Assembly: GCA_963693365.1 (NCBI GenBank)
Contig: CAVNZM010000016.1
Coordinates: forward strand, 770,595 to 834,594
Length of the DNA stretch: 64,000 nt
Direction: 5' to 3'
Source: Amoebidium appalachense
Lineage: Eukaryota > Protista > Ichthyosporea
The stretch's first letter is position 1. Each line of letters opens with the position of its first letter. Under the pieces are notes generated by a model. The model was not told the origin of the DNA. It saw only the letters and a list, made by a program, of their open reading frames with translations, and made no database searches. The translations under genes and the position numbers were made by a program. Below, one piece after another: positions 13,801 through 64,000 of this stretch.

Positions 13801-14420
13801 GGGGTGGAAAGAACATACTTACGTTTACGGAACTATTATTGGCCCAATATGCACTCAGACGTGAATAAGTGGGTGGGTGCCTGTAAAGCAATGTATAGGC
13901 CGAAATAGTTACCCACGGCAAAAATCACGACCACAGGAACAACGATATGAAACACTATAATTATTTAGCCGGGTCTCCGTCGACTTAAAGGGCCCATTCA
14001 CCCAGTCGAGATCAGGCAAATACTATATCGTTAATTGTGTTCATGGATATGTCTACTAAATACTTAGTTACTGCTGCAATACCTAACAAGGCGCCAGTAA
14101 CTATAGCTGTGGCATTCATGAACTTAGTGTGCTAATGTTTTGGCCCCCCTCGAACACTATTATCTGATCAAGGAACTGACGGTCAACCAGTTGATCACGG
14201 AGGTGTGTAGGCTGGCAAACGTTGCACATATGGTTACGTCAGCGTATCACCCACAGAGTAATGCAGCAAATGAACGTTCACATAGATTTATCATGATGCA
14301 CTCAGCAAATATGTGACCTACGATCATAATGATTGGGATACTTTGCTGCCTGTGGTTACACAAGCGTATAATACGACGGTGCACAAAACCATGCAACACA
14401 CCCCGTATTATCTCGTGTAT
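10830..14420 (+). pseudogene. pol: pol of the gypsy element, fragmented
   Basis: ORF fragments 11057-11548, 11679-12191, 12207-12533, 12775-13182, 13699-13908 and 14313-14501 carry successive PR, RT, RH and IN motifs, separated by stops and frameshifts. Confidence 0.9.
13196..13273. repeat. 19-bp tandem repeat x4 (agtcgtattggctatatat) inside pol
   Basis: Four identical consecutive units starting within the codons for the RNase H terminal motif ADGLSR. Confidence 0.95.
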
Positions 14421-14724
14421 GAAAACATTAGCCAATCGGGTAGCTGGGGTCAGGCCTTGGAATTCTGTAGTGCATATTTGCGTACGTTCCGACGGAGATG
14501 ATAGAGGCATTAGCAAATGTGAATATGCAGAGGTATATATTCCAAGGCAGCCCGGTGGGCTCCCTCAGTCCGACGTATCGTAGATACTCGGTCACACCCT
14601 AGGTGTAACTAGGTTTGGCACACAACATTCCGAGTGTGGGCTGGACAACCCTGTCAATCAAATACATTTGTGCTCTTTCAAGTCACTGGTCCGTGTAACA
14701 CGATCTTGTTGTACAATGACACAG

Positions 14725-14757
<33 letters not shown>

Positions 14758-15674
14758 TTGTATTGTTGGATACAGTGGTCAAACATTAAGCTTTGTGAAT
14801 GTAACAACAGAAAATAGATTCTGGGGCCCACGAAGAGTCTTAGTGAAATATTTCTTGACATTCACCTCAAGTTGAAGGGATAACGGAAGGGAGGAGATGG
14901 GGGGGGGGGGGGGGGGGAGGGAGGGGGGGGGGGGGGGGAGGGGGGAGGGTTTGAATAATGGATAAAGAAGGAGGAACATTGTAGCATGATGAGTAAATAC
15001 ACAAAAACACACGGACACACACACACAGACACATACATGTGCATGGAGGCACAGGCACACAGACACACAATCAGAATATGCATGCGGAGCATATAACCAT
15101 GCATACATATCAAAAGCCTTGGTGGATGCACTGGTATGCATTCAAATTTAAAATGGTTTTATTTTTTTCTTGACGTAACTTCATATTTATTACTATAGAA
15201 CCCACTTCAATCACACATCATGTTGGCACCGCTCATATTGCTCTGGGACCAGCCCCGGCAATGCAAACATAAATCACAGCATACGAAATTTCAATCATCA
15301 GCGTCCAATCAAACCTTATGCTATGAGTGTGTGAAGTAAAGTATGCCTTATTAAATCCCCCCCCCCCCCCCTCTCTCTCCTCCCCTCCCCCCTCTCTCTC
15401 TTCTCCCCCCCCCCCCCCTCTCTCTCTCTCTCTCAACCCCCTCCCCCCTCCCCCCCCCCCCGCCCCCCCCTCTCTCCCTCTCACCTTTTCACTTCCACAC
15501 ACTAGTGTTCAAGGACCCTCACAAACAGGGAAAAAGAAAAAAAAAAAAGCAAAAAAGAAATGAAATAAACAAAACCGGGAAAAACAAAAAAAAAGGTCTC
15601 TTCCTTTAAAGAACATGAGCAATATCTCGCATTTTGCCAACTCGACAACTCAGCCGACCATAGGCTGCTACCAA

Positions 15675-22467
<6,793 letters not shown>

Positions 22468-22887
22468 GGTGCAAGAGTAAAGGGAAAGAGGGAAGGAGAA
22501 AGCTGTGTAGAACGACGGGGATGTTATAGGATGTGAAAATCCCTAATTAGAACGTGAGATATCTGTATATGCTGAACAAACACACTATTGCTAACTTGTA
22601 ACCACTAGCATATGTATGTTTTATAGCTTGTTTTCCATGTTTTTTTTTGCTGTTCTGTTTTCAACTTGGTGGCCTGATCGATCACGCGTGACAGCTGCAG
22701 TGAATCATGCGTTCCCCTGCTTTCTTATAGGATATTATGACTAAAAGTAAATTAGCTTTATAATTAAATCTGCTTTATTACACATAACTAAAACTTGTTG
22801 AACAATGGATGGGCTCTTTAAAAACGTTTGTTGCGCAAATATCATGTCTTCTATATCGCGGTGAAAAAGGAAACGATGACGGCCTTG

Positions 22888-22895
22888 TGAGTCAT
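22888..22895. promoter_or_regulatory. Candidate Gcn4/AP-1-type bZIP site (TGAGTCAT) ~420 bp upstream of the HIS2-type ATG
   Basis: Match to the ATGACTCA consensus on the minus strand, with a second TGACTCAT at 23841-23848. Short motifs that could occur by chance. Confidence 0.3.
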
Positions 22896-24166
22896 GCCCT
22901 CTCAGGACGAAACGAGCCTTGTAGAATACATAAACGTGTACATATCAAAATAATACCCGACAATAATCGAATTTATGGCGAATAAAAACAAAAACATAGT
23001 CAGCTACATGTAGTATTATGGCACTCGATAGAATGGTGGCCACGGAAATAGAGCCTGATCGAAAGGGACCGTGGCTCGCCGGGCTGGTACACTTTGAGTA
23101 GAACTTCTGTTCTAAATTGTGAGCTCTTGGATTGAGGAAATATCAGGAAGCTGTTTGTACGTTTGGGATCTTGAGCCAACCAAACAGTGGCACCACTTAC
23201 TTGACTAATAGAAATGCGTTGTTGCTTTTGCGGTAAGTATAACCATATATGGTTCGCAATCTTTTCACATCTCAAATTTACGCTTGCAATTTCAGGAAAA
23301 TGTTTCTCTAACATGAGCAAATCGCAAAACCAAATGGTCCGACAAGAGAAAAAGAGGCGGAAAAACACAAAATATACATAATATGCCAGTACTAATTGTT
23401 CTTTTTTGTTTTGTATTTGTTTCCAAATGTTCTCAACATTCATTCGAAGATATGAGTAGTGCATTCTGAATAAGTGCATTCTGAATATAAATCTATCTCG
23501 TCAAGGAATATTAGGTTATCTACATTCGGTGATCAAGCCGAGCCGCGACCACGGCAGTGACGGCACACCGTTGGCTTTTCCCAGTTTTCGTGTTCTTCAA
23601 GTTCGCTCGCGACGGGAACACCTTGTTGGTGCACTTGCCAGCTTGTTTTGAACCTAGAGTTTTTGGTGCAAAATTGCTCTTTTTGCCTATGCTAAACGTC
23701 AGTTGTCTAAAGAGAAGTCTTTTTTTTGTTGAGTGCTTTTTTCTATTCATGACTTCAAAGCTGCTCATTTGTCATTTTCGAAAGTTCTTGACATTCCCTA
23801 CACGTGCAAAAGTGCGAAAGGACATTGGCTCAAGTGAAATTGACTCATGAGTGCAACACATACTTTGTTTGTTTTCTTCACGCCGAGAAACATAAAGCCT
23901 AAACAGCATTACACCCATTCTAGATAGCTTGGAACTGAACGAACAAGGCTTACCAGAAACACGTTTCATGCACACACGACTTCTGACAGGACTTTTAGCT
24001 CTGCTTGCTCATTGAGACACACACGACCTGTTTGACAGGGAGGGACATCCTTTGCCCAAGTCTACCACAACATCAGCGAAAACATTGAAAGCATAGACAT
24101 CAAGTCGAGATTCATTTGCTCATTTTTCCCAAGTGTAAGGGGTTTTATTTGCCTCTTGCCTCGAGA

Positions 24167-24710
24167 ATGGTTGTAGGTGTGGAGTTAGACATAGTAGCCG
24201 GGGTTTTTCTGCTGAGCGTGGGTTTGGTTACGACACTTGTTTTTGCCGTTATCGCCATTGCTGGCGTCCTATTGATAGCGAACTACGCATCTTGGGAGGT
24301 ATGTTTAGATTTACTCCCCTCTCTCTCTCCCCCCCCCCTCCCCACCCCCCCTCCTTTCATCCCTCCGCTTTCTGCTTCGTTCTCTCTTTCTACACCCGTC
24401 TCCCCCTGCCTCCCCCTCCCGACCTCTAACCCTCCTCCACCCTTCCCGCTCGCGCAACCCCTTCTTAAGAGGCTGGTGCTCCCCTGCCTCTGTTGCAACA
24501 TCTTTTTATACTCCACGTTTTAAATCGGTCAGCTCGGCATGAGCAGGGAAACGAAGGGAGCTAGCCGTTACGTGCCCACTTTTAGACGTACACTACGTAG
24601 CACACCCAAATCTACCCGCACTTACAAACTTCCTCGATCAATCACGAAATGCAAGAGCCGACGTTCTCACCGGGCACTTTCTTTACCTTCATGTAACGGA
24701 AGAAGCATCA

Positions 24711-24749
<39 letters not shown>

Positions 24750-25117
24750 TCCTCCCCGGCCATCCACGTTTTCCACAAATGCTACCCCCGTGAGATGTGC
24801 TGGCAAACACGGATATGACAACATGTGAATGGTCGTGAAATGTACACGCATGTAAGCGCCTGAGTGTGTGCTGTGCAACATTTCTATCCCTTTCGGGTCG
24901 TATATGGCATGTGAATGGTCGTGAAATGTACACGCATGTAAGCGCCTGAGTGTGTGCTGTGCAACATTTCTATCCCTTTCGGGTCGTATATGGCTGAGAA
25001 TGATCTCTCTTTTGTGGACTGTTGCCTTGATGTGCATGCAGGATTGCCTGCCGATTCTAACTTCCTTTTTTACATTCTTACTTTGTATTCTCTACCTGTT
25101 TGCAGAAATCTCTTTCT

Positions 25118-25148
<31 letters not shown>

Positions 25149-25375
25149 TCCCCCCACCCCCTCACGCTTCTTCCTTTGGCCGACCAACCTCTTCCTTCAC
25201 TGTGTCTTGTTCACCTAATTCTAACCAATTCCCCTTTGTCCCTTTCCGGGTGTTCTCCATTCTTTCGCAGGACATGCAAAGATGGAGGTTGCGAGAGAAG
25301 AGGGAGGATGATTATGCAAGGGATGTGATAAACCGAACACCGTCATATACGTTTTTGGCCGGACAGAATGCATGA
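24167..25375 (+). CDS. Putative 78-aa membrane microprotein, 2 exons
   Basis: Exon 24167-24298 (MVVGVELDIVAGVFLLSVGLVTTLVFAVIAIAGVLLIANYASWE|GTATGT) joins in phase 0 to 25271-25375 (ttctttcgcAG|DMQRWRLREKREDDYARDVINRTPSYTFLAGQNA*). A long hydrophobic segment is followed by a charged tail. Confidence 0.65.
24822..24993. repeat. 86-bp perfect direct tandem duplication in the microprotein intron
   Basis: catgtgaatggtcgtgaaatg...gggtcgtatatgg at 24822-24907 and 24908-24993. Confidence 0.95.
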
Positions 25376-25909
25376 TGTGACGACACCATCGCGCGAAAGA
25401 GAGGAACACCTGTAGTGATGAGCTGTGTTGACTGATAATATTCCGGGTGAGAACTCGATAATGCGTTTATTTATACGAATTTCCGTATTTTTCTTTTTCG
25501 GTTTTCCGTTCTGCACGAATATGGCGAGCATGGAAGTGTTCGATACTTGTATATGATAGACGTAGGCTCGTGCGGGGTCTGTGAATGGAACGGGTCGTGT
25601 CGGATGACTTTTTATTTTTTATTTTTTTATATTTATTTATTTATTTATTCATTTATTTATTTTGTATTTTGCTGTTGTGTTTTTGGAGGAGGGATGGGTG
25701 GAGAGGATGGACGGGTTAAAGTGTATTGTTTGGATGTTTTCTTTTTTCTTCTTCTTTTTTTTCCCGGTGTAAGTGGAAGTTCTGTGGGGTTTTTTTTGAT
25801 TGAGTGTTTTGATTCTCCACCGTAAGAGCTCAAAGTTTTTTAATTGGTTATGTGTTCTTCTTTTCTGTGCTTTTATTTTTAAACCCTGTAGTACTTAGAG
25901 GAGGGGGCA

Positions 25910-25948
<39 letters not shown>

Positions 25949-26416
25949 ATGGGAACGGGAGAGAGTAAGGGAAATTACTTCGAGTGAGAGAGAGAGAGAA
26001 ATTGCACACCAACGGGAGTTCATAAGGACTTTACGTAAATAGAAACAGAACATTGTTTCGAATTCTGACAAATGGATTGGATTAAAAATGCGTGAAGTTT
26101 ACTGATATATCTACTGTAATATCCATGTGTGGGGTGGGCAGATAATCGGCCACACCTGTTGTACATACAAATTTAGTTTTAGATCATGTCTCTCATTAAA
26201 GTAAGCACGAAATTAAAATATAAAATGTGTCATATCATGCCTCTTATATGCCGTGCAGATGCCTTCCCAACAAGCATACGTACGTGTGTACATGTGCAAA
26301 TGATATGAGCGGAAAAAACGGAGAGAGGGGGAGAGGGATGTGTCAAAGTTATGGGTGGGAAGATCTAGAGGGACACTGAGTGACACGAGGGTGTGGTGGT
26401 GTGTGTGTGTGTTTGT

Positions 26417-26449
<33 letters not shown>

Positions 26450-26737
26450 GGGGGGGAGGGAGGCTGCGGGAAGAGAGTAGCTACACGTCGAGATCTAGAG
26501 AGTGGGAGAGGGTGGGAAGCAGGGGGGGCGAGGAGTTTTGAACTTTTCGGAAGGCGAGACACGGCAAGTGGGTGCACATGTGTGTGGCTGAGTGCGTGTG
26601 ACGCAATACTATGTGGGTGGTTGTACACGCATATGCATGTGTGTGTGTGCGAAATCCTTGGGTGCACGCATACAAGTTCACACATGTTAACGTTAACGCG
26701 TCGGGATGCCCCCCTAGGCCTTCCTCTCCCCCCCCCC

Positions 26738-26768
<31 letters not shown>

Positions 26769-27183
26769 ACACACGCACACACACACACAAGCACACTTGT
26801 TCTCACGTTCTCACACGTGTTAAAACAAAATGGACCGTCAAGCATTGAAACTGCATCAAAGGCCCCACTAGTCTACGATAGGTAATATCGCGAGGGTAAT
26901 CCGGTTCAGTTTTCGACCAGGGGTGACGTCATTTATTTGACCTTGCAGCCACTGCATTCGTACTAATTTTCAGCGATGGCGTGTACGCAGTGTAGACTAA
27001 CAATAATATTAGCCCGACGATTCGGCATTTAATATTATCAATAGCTCTTATACGGTAAACGAACACTTGCCGTTACCACATATGGAAATATACACACTAT
27101 GCCAGGTATTTATATTTGTTAAAAGCATTCATTCAAGTACCGTCAAACCCTCCCCTTCCTCAAAACAGAAGCGGGTATTGTTT

Positions 27184-27249
<66 letters not shown>

Positions 27250-27252
27250 GGG

Positions 27253-27384
<132 letters not shown>

Positions 27385-27654
27385 GAGAGAAACAGACAAA
27401 ACTAAAAATGAAAATAAACTAATCAACGAATAACTAAACAAATATTGCACATCCTCTGTTGCCGGCAACCCCCCTACCCTCTGTTTGTGTTCATTCAAAT
27501 GCCGTCAAATCCTCGCCTTCCTCAACAAACAAAAAATCGGGCAGAAAAAACAAAACAAAAGAAACAAACCGCCAAAAATTAAAAAAAAGTTTAAATGATA
27601 AATCAAAAAGATTAAGTAAAGATACACACACTAAGTTGACTGCAATCCCCCTAC

Positions 27655-33643
<5,989 letters not shown>

Positions 33644-34451
33644 GTTGTGATCTACACAGCTGCTTGCCACTCCTATATCTATCTTCTTTTCCTTCTTTTC
33701 CTTCTTTTTTCTTCTTTTTGGCGCTACCTCCTATACCCCTTCTACCAGTTGAATCAATTGCTCCTTTGAAACTTTCTTTTTAAAAGTTCGTTCGTTTTTC
33801 TGAGTCTTGTGCACGAAGTTTTCATGAGCGAGGTGTGACGTCACGCAACGGTCAAAAGCTTCCGCCTTCCAAATAAGGCTAAAAGCAAATCCTTTTTAGG
33901 AAGGTAGTTTCGAACGATTACGCAATCTTCCATATGCCCCCCCCCCCCCCCCCCCCCCCCCCCGGCCCCCGCGCCCCGGGCAGTGCAATTCAAAACATTG
34001 AAATGTTTTGTATGTAAACGTCTAATTGCTATATTCGAGTCACATGCCTTCACCACAAGCATGTGATACAGTCATACATGCAGGCACACTGCGTGACACC
34101 CTTTTTTCTAAAGTCTTTGCCGAACATCGACCATTTTCAATCTTTGCAGAACATGGTACCATTAAATTTGCACCAACCGATTTGATCAAATTTATAATAC
34201 TTTTTTTTTTTTTTTTTTTTTCCATTTGCAGTTTATGACAGTAGGGACACTTAGTACTGTCTACACTTGTGGACTTAGCCTTACTGAAAATGGAAACAAG
34301 CATTCCCAAAACCACACATCTAAATGGCACATTCCTCCCTACGGTCAGTCATCTTGCCATGTTTTCGGTGTTACCAATCACACTTTCTCTGTTATGCGCA
34401 TGGACGTCTTTCCGTAGGAAGCCCAACCACCCCCCCACACAAAAAATAAAT
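33644..34451. promoter_or_regulatory. Candidate bidirectional promoter with a CRE-like palindrome GTGACGTCAC (33835-33844)
   Basis: ~800 bp between divergent ATGs (33643 -, 34452 +), containing a 10-bp perfect palindrome around TGACGTCA. Confidence 0.35.
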
Positions 34452-53060
<18,609 letters not shown>

Positions 53061-53487
53061 GATTGTAACCTGTTTTAGTTATTTATTTATTTATTTATTT
53101 ATTTATTCTTTTTTGCAAGTTATTGTATGTACCTTTGTTTGCCATATATAAACCTAGTTCAGCTGTCTGTAAATTAGTAAAATAAGTACCTTCTCATTAT
53201 CGCTGATAATATACTAGTTTTTAGTTTAACATTGAATTTGCGAATTTCCCCCCCTCCTTTTTTCTTCTTTTCTCTCCGTTTTTTTTTTTTACATTTGTAT
53301 TGTCCGGTCATAAACCAACCGTCTTTGTGTTGGTACCATGCTCAAGCAAATGATTGCCATAACTTTCTTGCAGACCCTACCCTTGTACATACAGATATGG
53401 TGGAAAGAATGTTTCCGAGTGAATAGTTGTGTCGTGTACGTGCATATTTGTGTGTCCAATTGAATATTTGTATGTATGGGGAGGAAG

Positions 53488-53522
<35 letters not shown>

Positions 53523-54341
53523 GCTATCTACTCGAAGCAAAGAGAGATAAGTCTCAGGTATGGGGGTTTTTTCTCGGAATATCCCCTCAGCGGTATATCA
53601 TGATCAAGTACATAGATGTCGGGTGTTGATTATATGTCAGGGTTTTTTACTCTATGAAGCACAATATCAACTAAGAAGACAAATCAACTAGTTGGGTTCC
53701 CCGTTTTTTTTTTTTTTTTTTTTTTTTTAATGCATAGACATTTTTTTTTTCACTGGTGTACGTATGTGACGCTTTTCTTTTTGAATTGCATGGCTGCTCG
53801 AAAATAGCATATGATGTTCCTGAAGTGATGCTGCCGAATCATGATTAAAATTTAAAAAATATTTATAAAATATTAATAATTTGATAATATCCCTATTTAC
53901 AATGAATGAAGGGCTCAATTGATGTACAATGGTTGAAGTGTGTATGATCGCTTTTTGGGGTGTATACGTGTGCGGGTTGGGGAAGGGGGGGGGGAAGGGG
54001 GGGGGGGGGGGGGGGGGATAGGCACGGGGGATATGCACACATTGTACGAGGGGGGTGTATGTACGTGTTCTTATGTACTGTGTGAATGCCTTGAAACGAT
54101 TCCCAGGCTGGCTGCAGCTTACGTTAAATAAATAAATAAAAAGAAAGAAAGGAAAAAAATTCAAAACAAAAGAGATCTCTAGAAGACCCATGATTCTTTT
54201 AGGTAAGTTGTACCGGTGGCGCCCTTACATGTACAACAAGCAGATACATACCCGGCGAATATTAATAGCCCACCCACACACGTCTCCATATGCACACGCC
54301 ACACATGTGTACACGCTTTAAATTTGCCAATTAATATGGTC

Positions 54342-54380
<39 letters not shown>

Positions 54381-54394
54381 ATCCCCCCCTCCAC

Positions 54395-54441
<47 letters not shown>

Positions 54442-55388
54442 TCTCTCTCTCTCTCCCCCGTCGACCATTCACCTATCTGTGCACACCCACACACACATAC
54501 ACCCAGGCACGCACACCCATGCATGTGTGTTCAGCCATACCCCATCACGATTCATGGGCCCACCCGTGAACTACCCACCCAATCATCTTCAGCACACGTG
54601 CGCGCGCACACACTTTTTTTTTTAAAGAACTCACGAAGCCCCCATACACACACTCTTTAGTTTTTAAAGAACTCACAAAGGGGCGCGCGTGAAATTTTTT
54701 AAAGAACACACGAAGCGGATGTGCCCATCCACGTGTCAATGAAGTGGCAAAGTTTCATGGTGCCTCCAAAACCACAGTGCCCCAAGTACATTAGTCCCTT
54801 AATTAACATCACTAGCTTTGGCATCCCTTTATACTCCAACTCATGGGGAGCCCATACCACCCACAAACAATAACTACGATCAAACATAACTACGCATGCA
54901 ACACTGTTGCAGCAATTAGCCATCCACCTATTGTCTTTGTCTCCATCAACTTGGATACACATGTCAGCTTCGACATTGCTTTCTATTCAAACTTCCCAGC
55001 GACATCTATTTGGATCAAATTATGAATGTTCAGGAAAAATAGATGAAAAACACAGTGATATAACTAACATTATGCCAAGCGCTTAAGGAAACTGTAAAAA
55101 CGGTTTTCATATTTATAGATCACCGTGTGTGTGTGTGTTGGCTAAGAAAACGTGCTTGTGCTGACGAGCTTGGTACTTTATGTGTTTATGTGTTTATGTG
55201 TTTATGTGTTTATGTGTGTGTGCGCGTGCAAGTTTGTGCATGCGTGTATATCTACATCTTTGCGTCTCTTCTTTTTTCTTTTCCTTTCCCTTTTTTTTTG
55301 CCCCTTTTCTTTTCCCGGGAGGGGGGGGGAAGGGGGGGGTATGTAGGTAGCATAGGTAGCTAGGTAGCCGAACACTCTTCCTTCTCCC

Positions 55389-63950
<8,562 letters not shown>

Positions 63951-64000
63951 CTGGGGGGGGGGGGGGGGGGGGGAGTCAGTGATTGCAGGTGGGTAGGGTA

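Larger units (their letters stand above)
9052..14420 (+). mobile_element. Decayed Ty3/gypsy-type LTR retrotransposon (gag-PR-RT-RH-IN), LTRs not identified
   Basis: Gag with CCHC knuckle CWKCQQLGHVKSEC (~10387-10428). Protease remnants GASHSVMSE (~10850) and MLGADFF (11057). RT: YNSPTFVIRKPDGSYRLLTDFRNLN, DMSGAFYQI, APQGL, YADD (12387). RNase H: CDA, RPVAYASR, ERETYAI, SDHKP, RWAL, ADGLSR. Integrase: HNGGGH..C, SDQG (~14163), YHPQSNAANER (~14245). RT-RH-IN order is gypsy-type. Many stops and frameshifts. Confidence 0.95.

Noticed and set aside
8400-14700. Paired LTRs, PBS and PPT for the gypsy element
   Set aside because: I could not find a direct repeat on both sides, and the 3' end appears truncated after the integrase core. 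TGGTAACCCA at ~9039 is only a weak PBS candidate.
23000-23975. Short ORFs between HIS2 and the microprotein gene
   Set aside because: No recognisable domain or consistent exon chain.
26869-26999. Second MITE bounded by tagtctac...gtagacta
   Set aside because: Only an 8-bp inverted match and no clear target-site duplication.
54699-55025. Non-repetitive ORF-like island between the ABCC 3' ends
   Set aside because: No motifs or convincing splice context. It is plausibly 3' UTR of ABCC-B.

Overview
Eukaryotic, intron-rich genomic DNA (GT-AG introns of about 0.3-2 kb filled with (CA/GT)n, (GA/CT)n and poly-C/poly-G runs). Almost all long ORFs in the supplied track are microsatellite artefacts. 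I reconstructed genes by hand from splice sites and reading phase. Left to right: a disrupted TRAF-like (coiled-coil + MATH) gene end; a 7-exon kelch-repeat gene (-); a decayed Ty3/gypsy retrotransposon; a 7-exon PHP-family histidinol-phosphatase gene (HIS2-type, -); a 2-exon 78-aa membrane microprotein (+); a tentative multi-exon coiled-coil gene (-) with an intronic MITE; a complete 22-exon ABCC/MRP transporter (+); and the 3' part of a tail-to-tail inverted ABCC paralog (-). Three signals stand out. (1) The two ABCC paralogs are a mosaic: NBD exons, some adjoining intron DNA and one ~200-nt TMD2 tract are near-identical, while most TM exons are strongly diverged, which points to domain-selective gene conversion. 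(2) Tandem duplications recur exactly across exon/intron junctions, up to 7-10 copies of a donor site. (3) 3' splice sites are fed by poly-C/(CA)n rather than U-rich tracts, often opposite G/(GT)n at the 5' end of the same intron. A HIS2-type gene together with a TRAF-like gene suggests a non-animal eukaryote, possibly a unicellular holozoan (inference only). Gene models are manual and unverified by transcripts.
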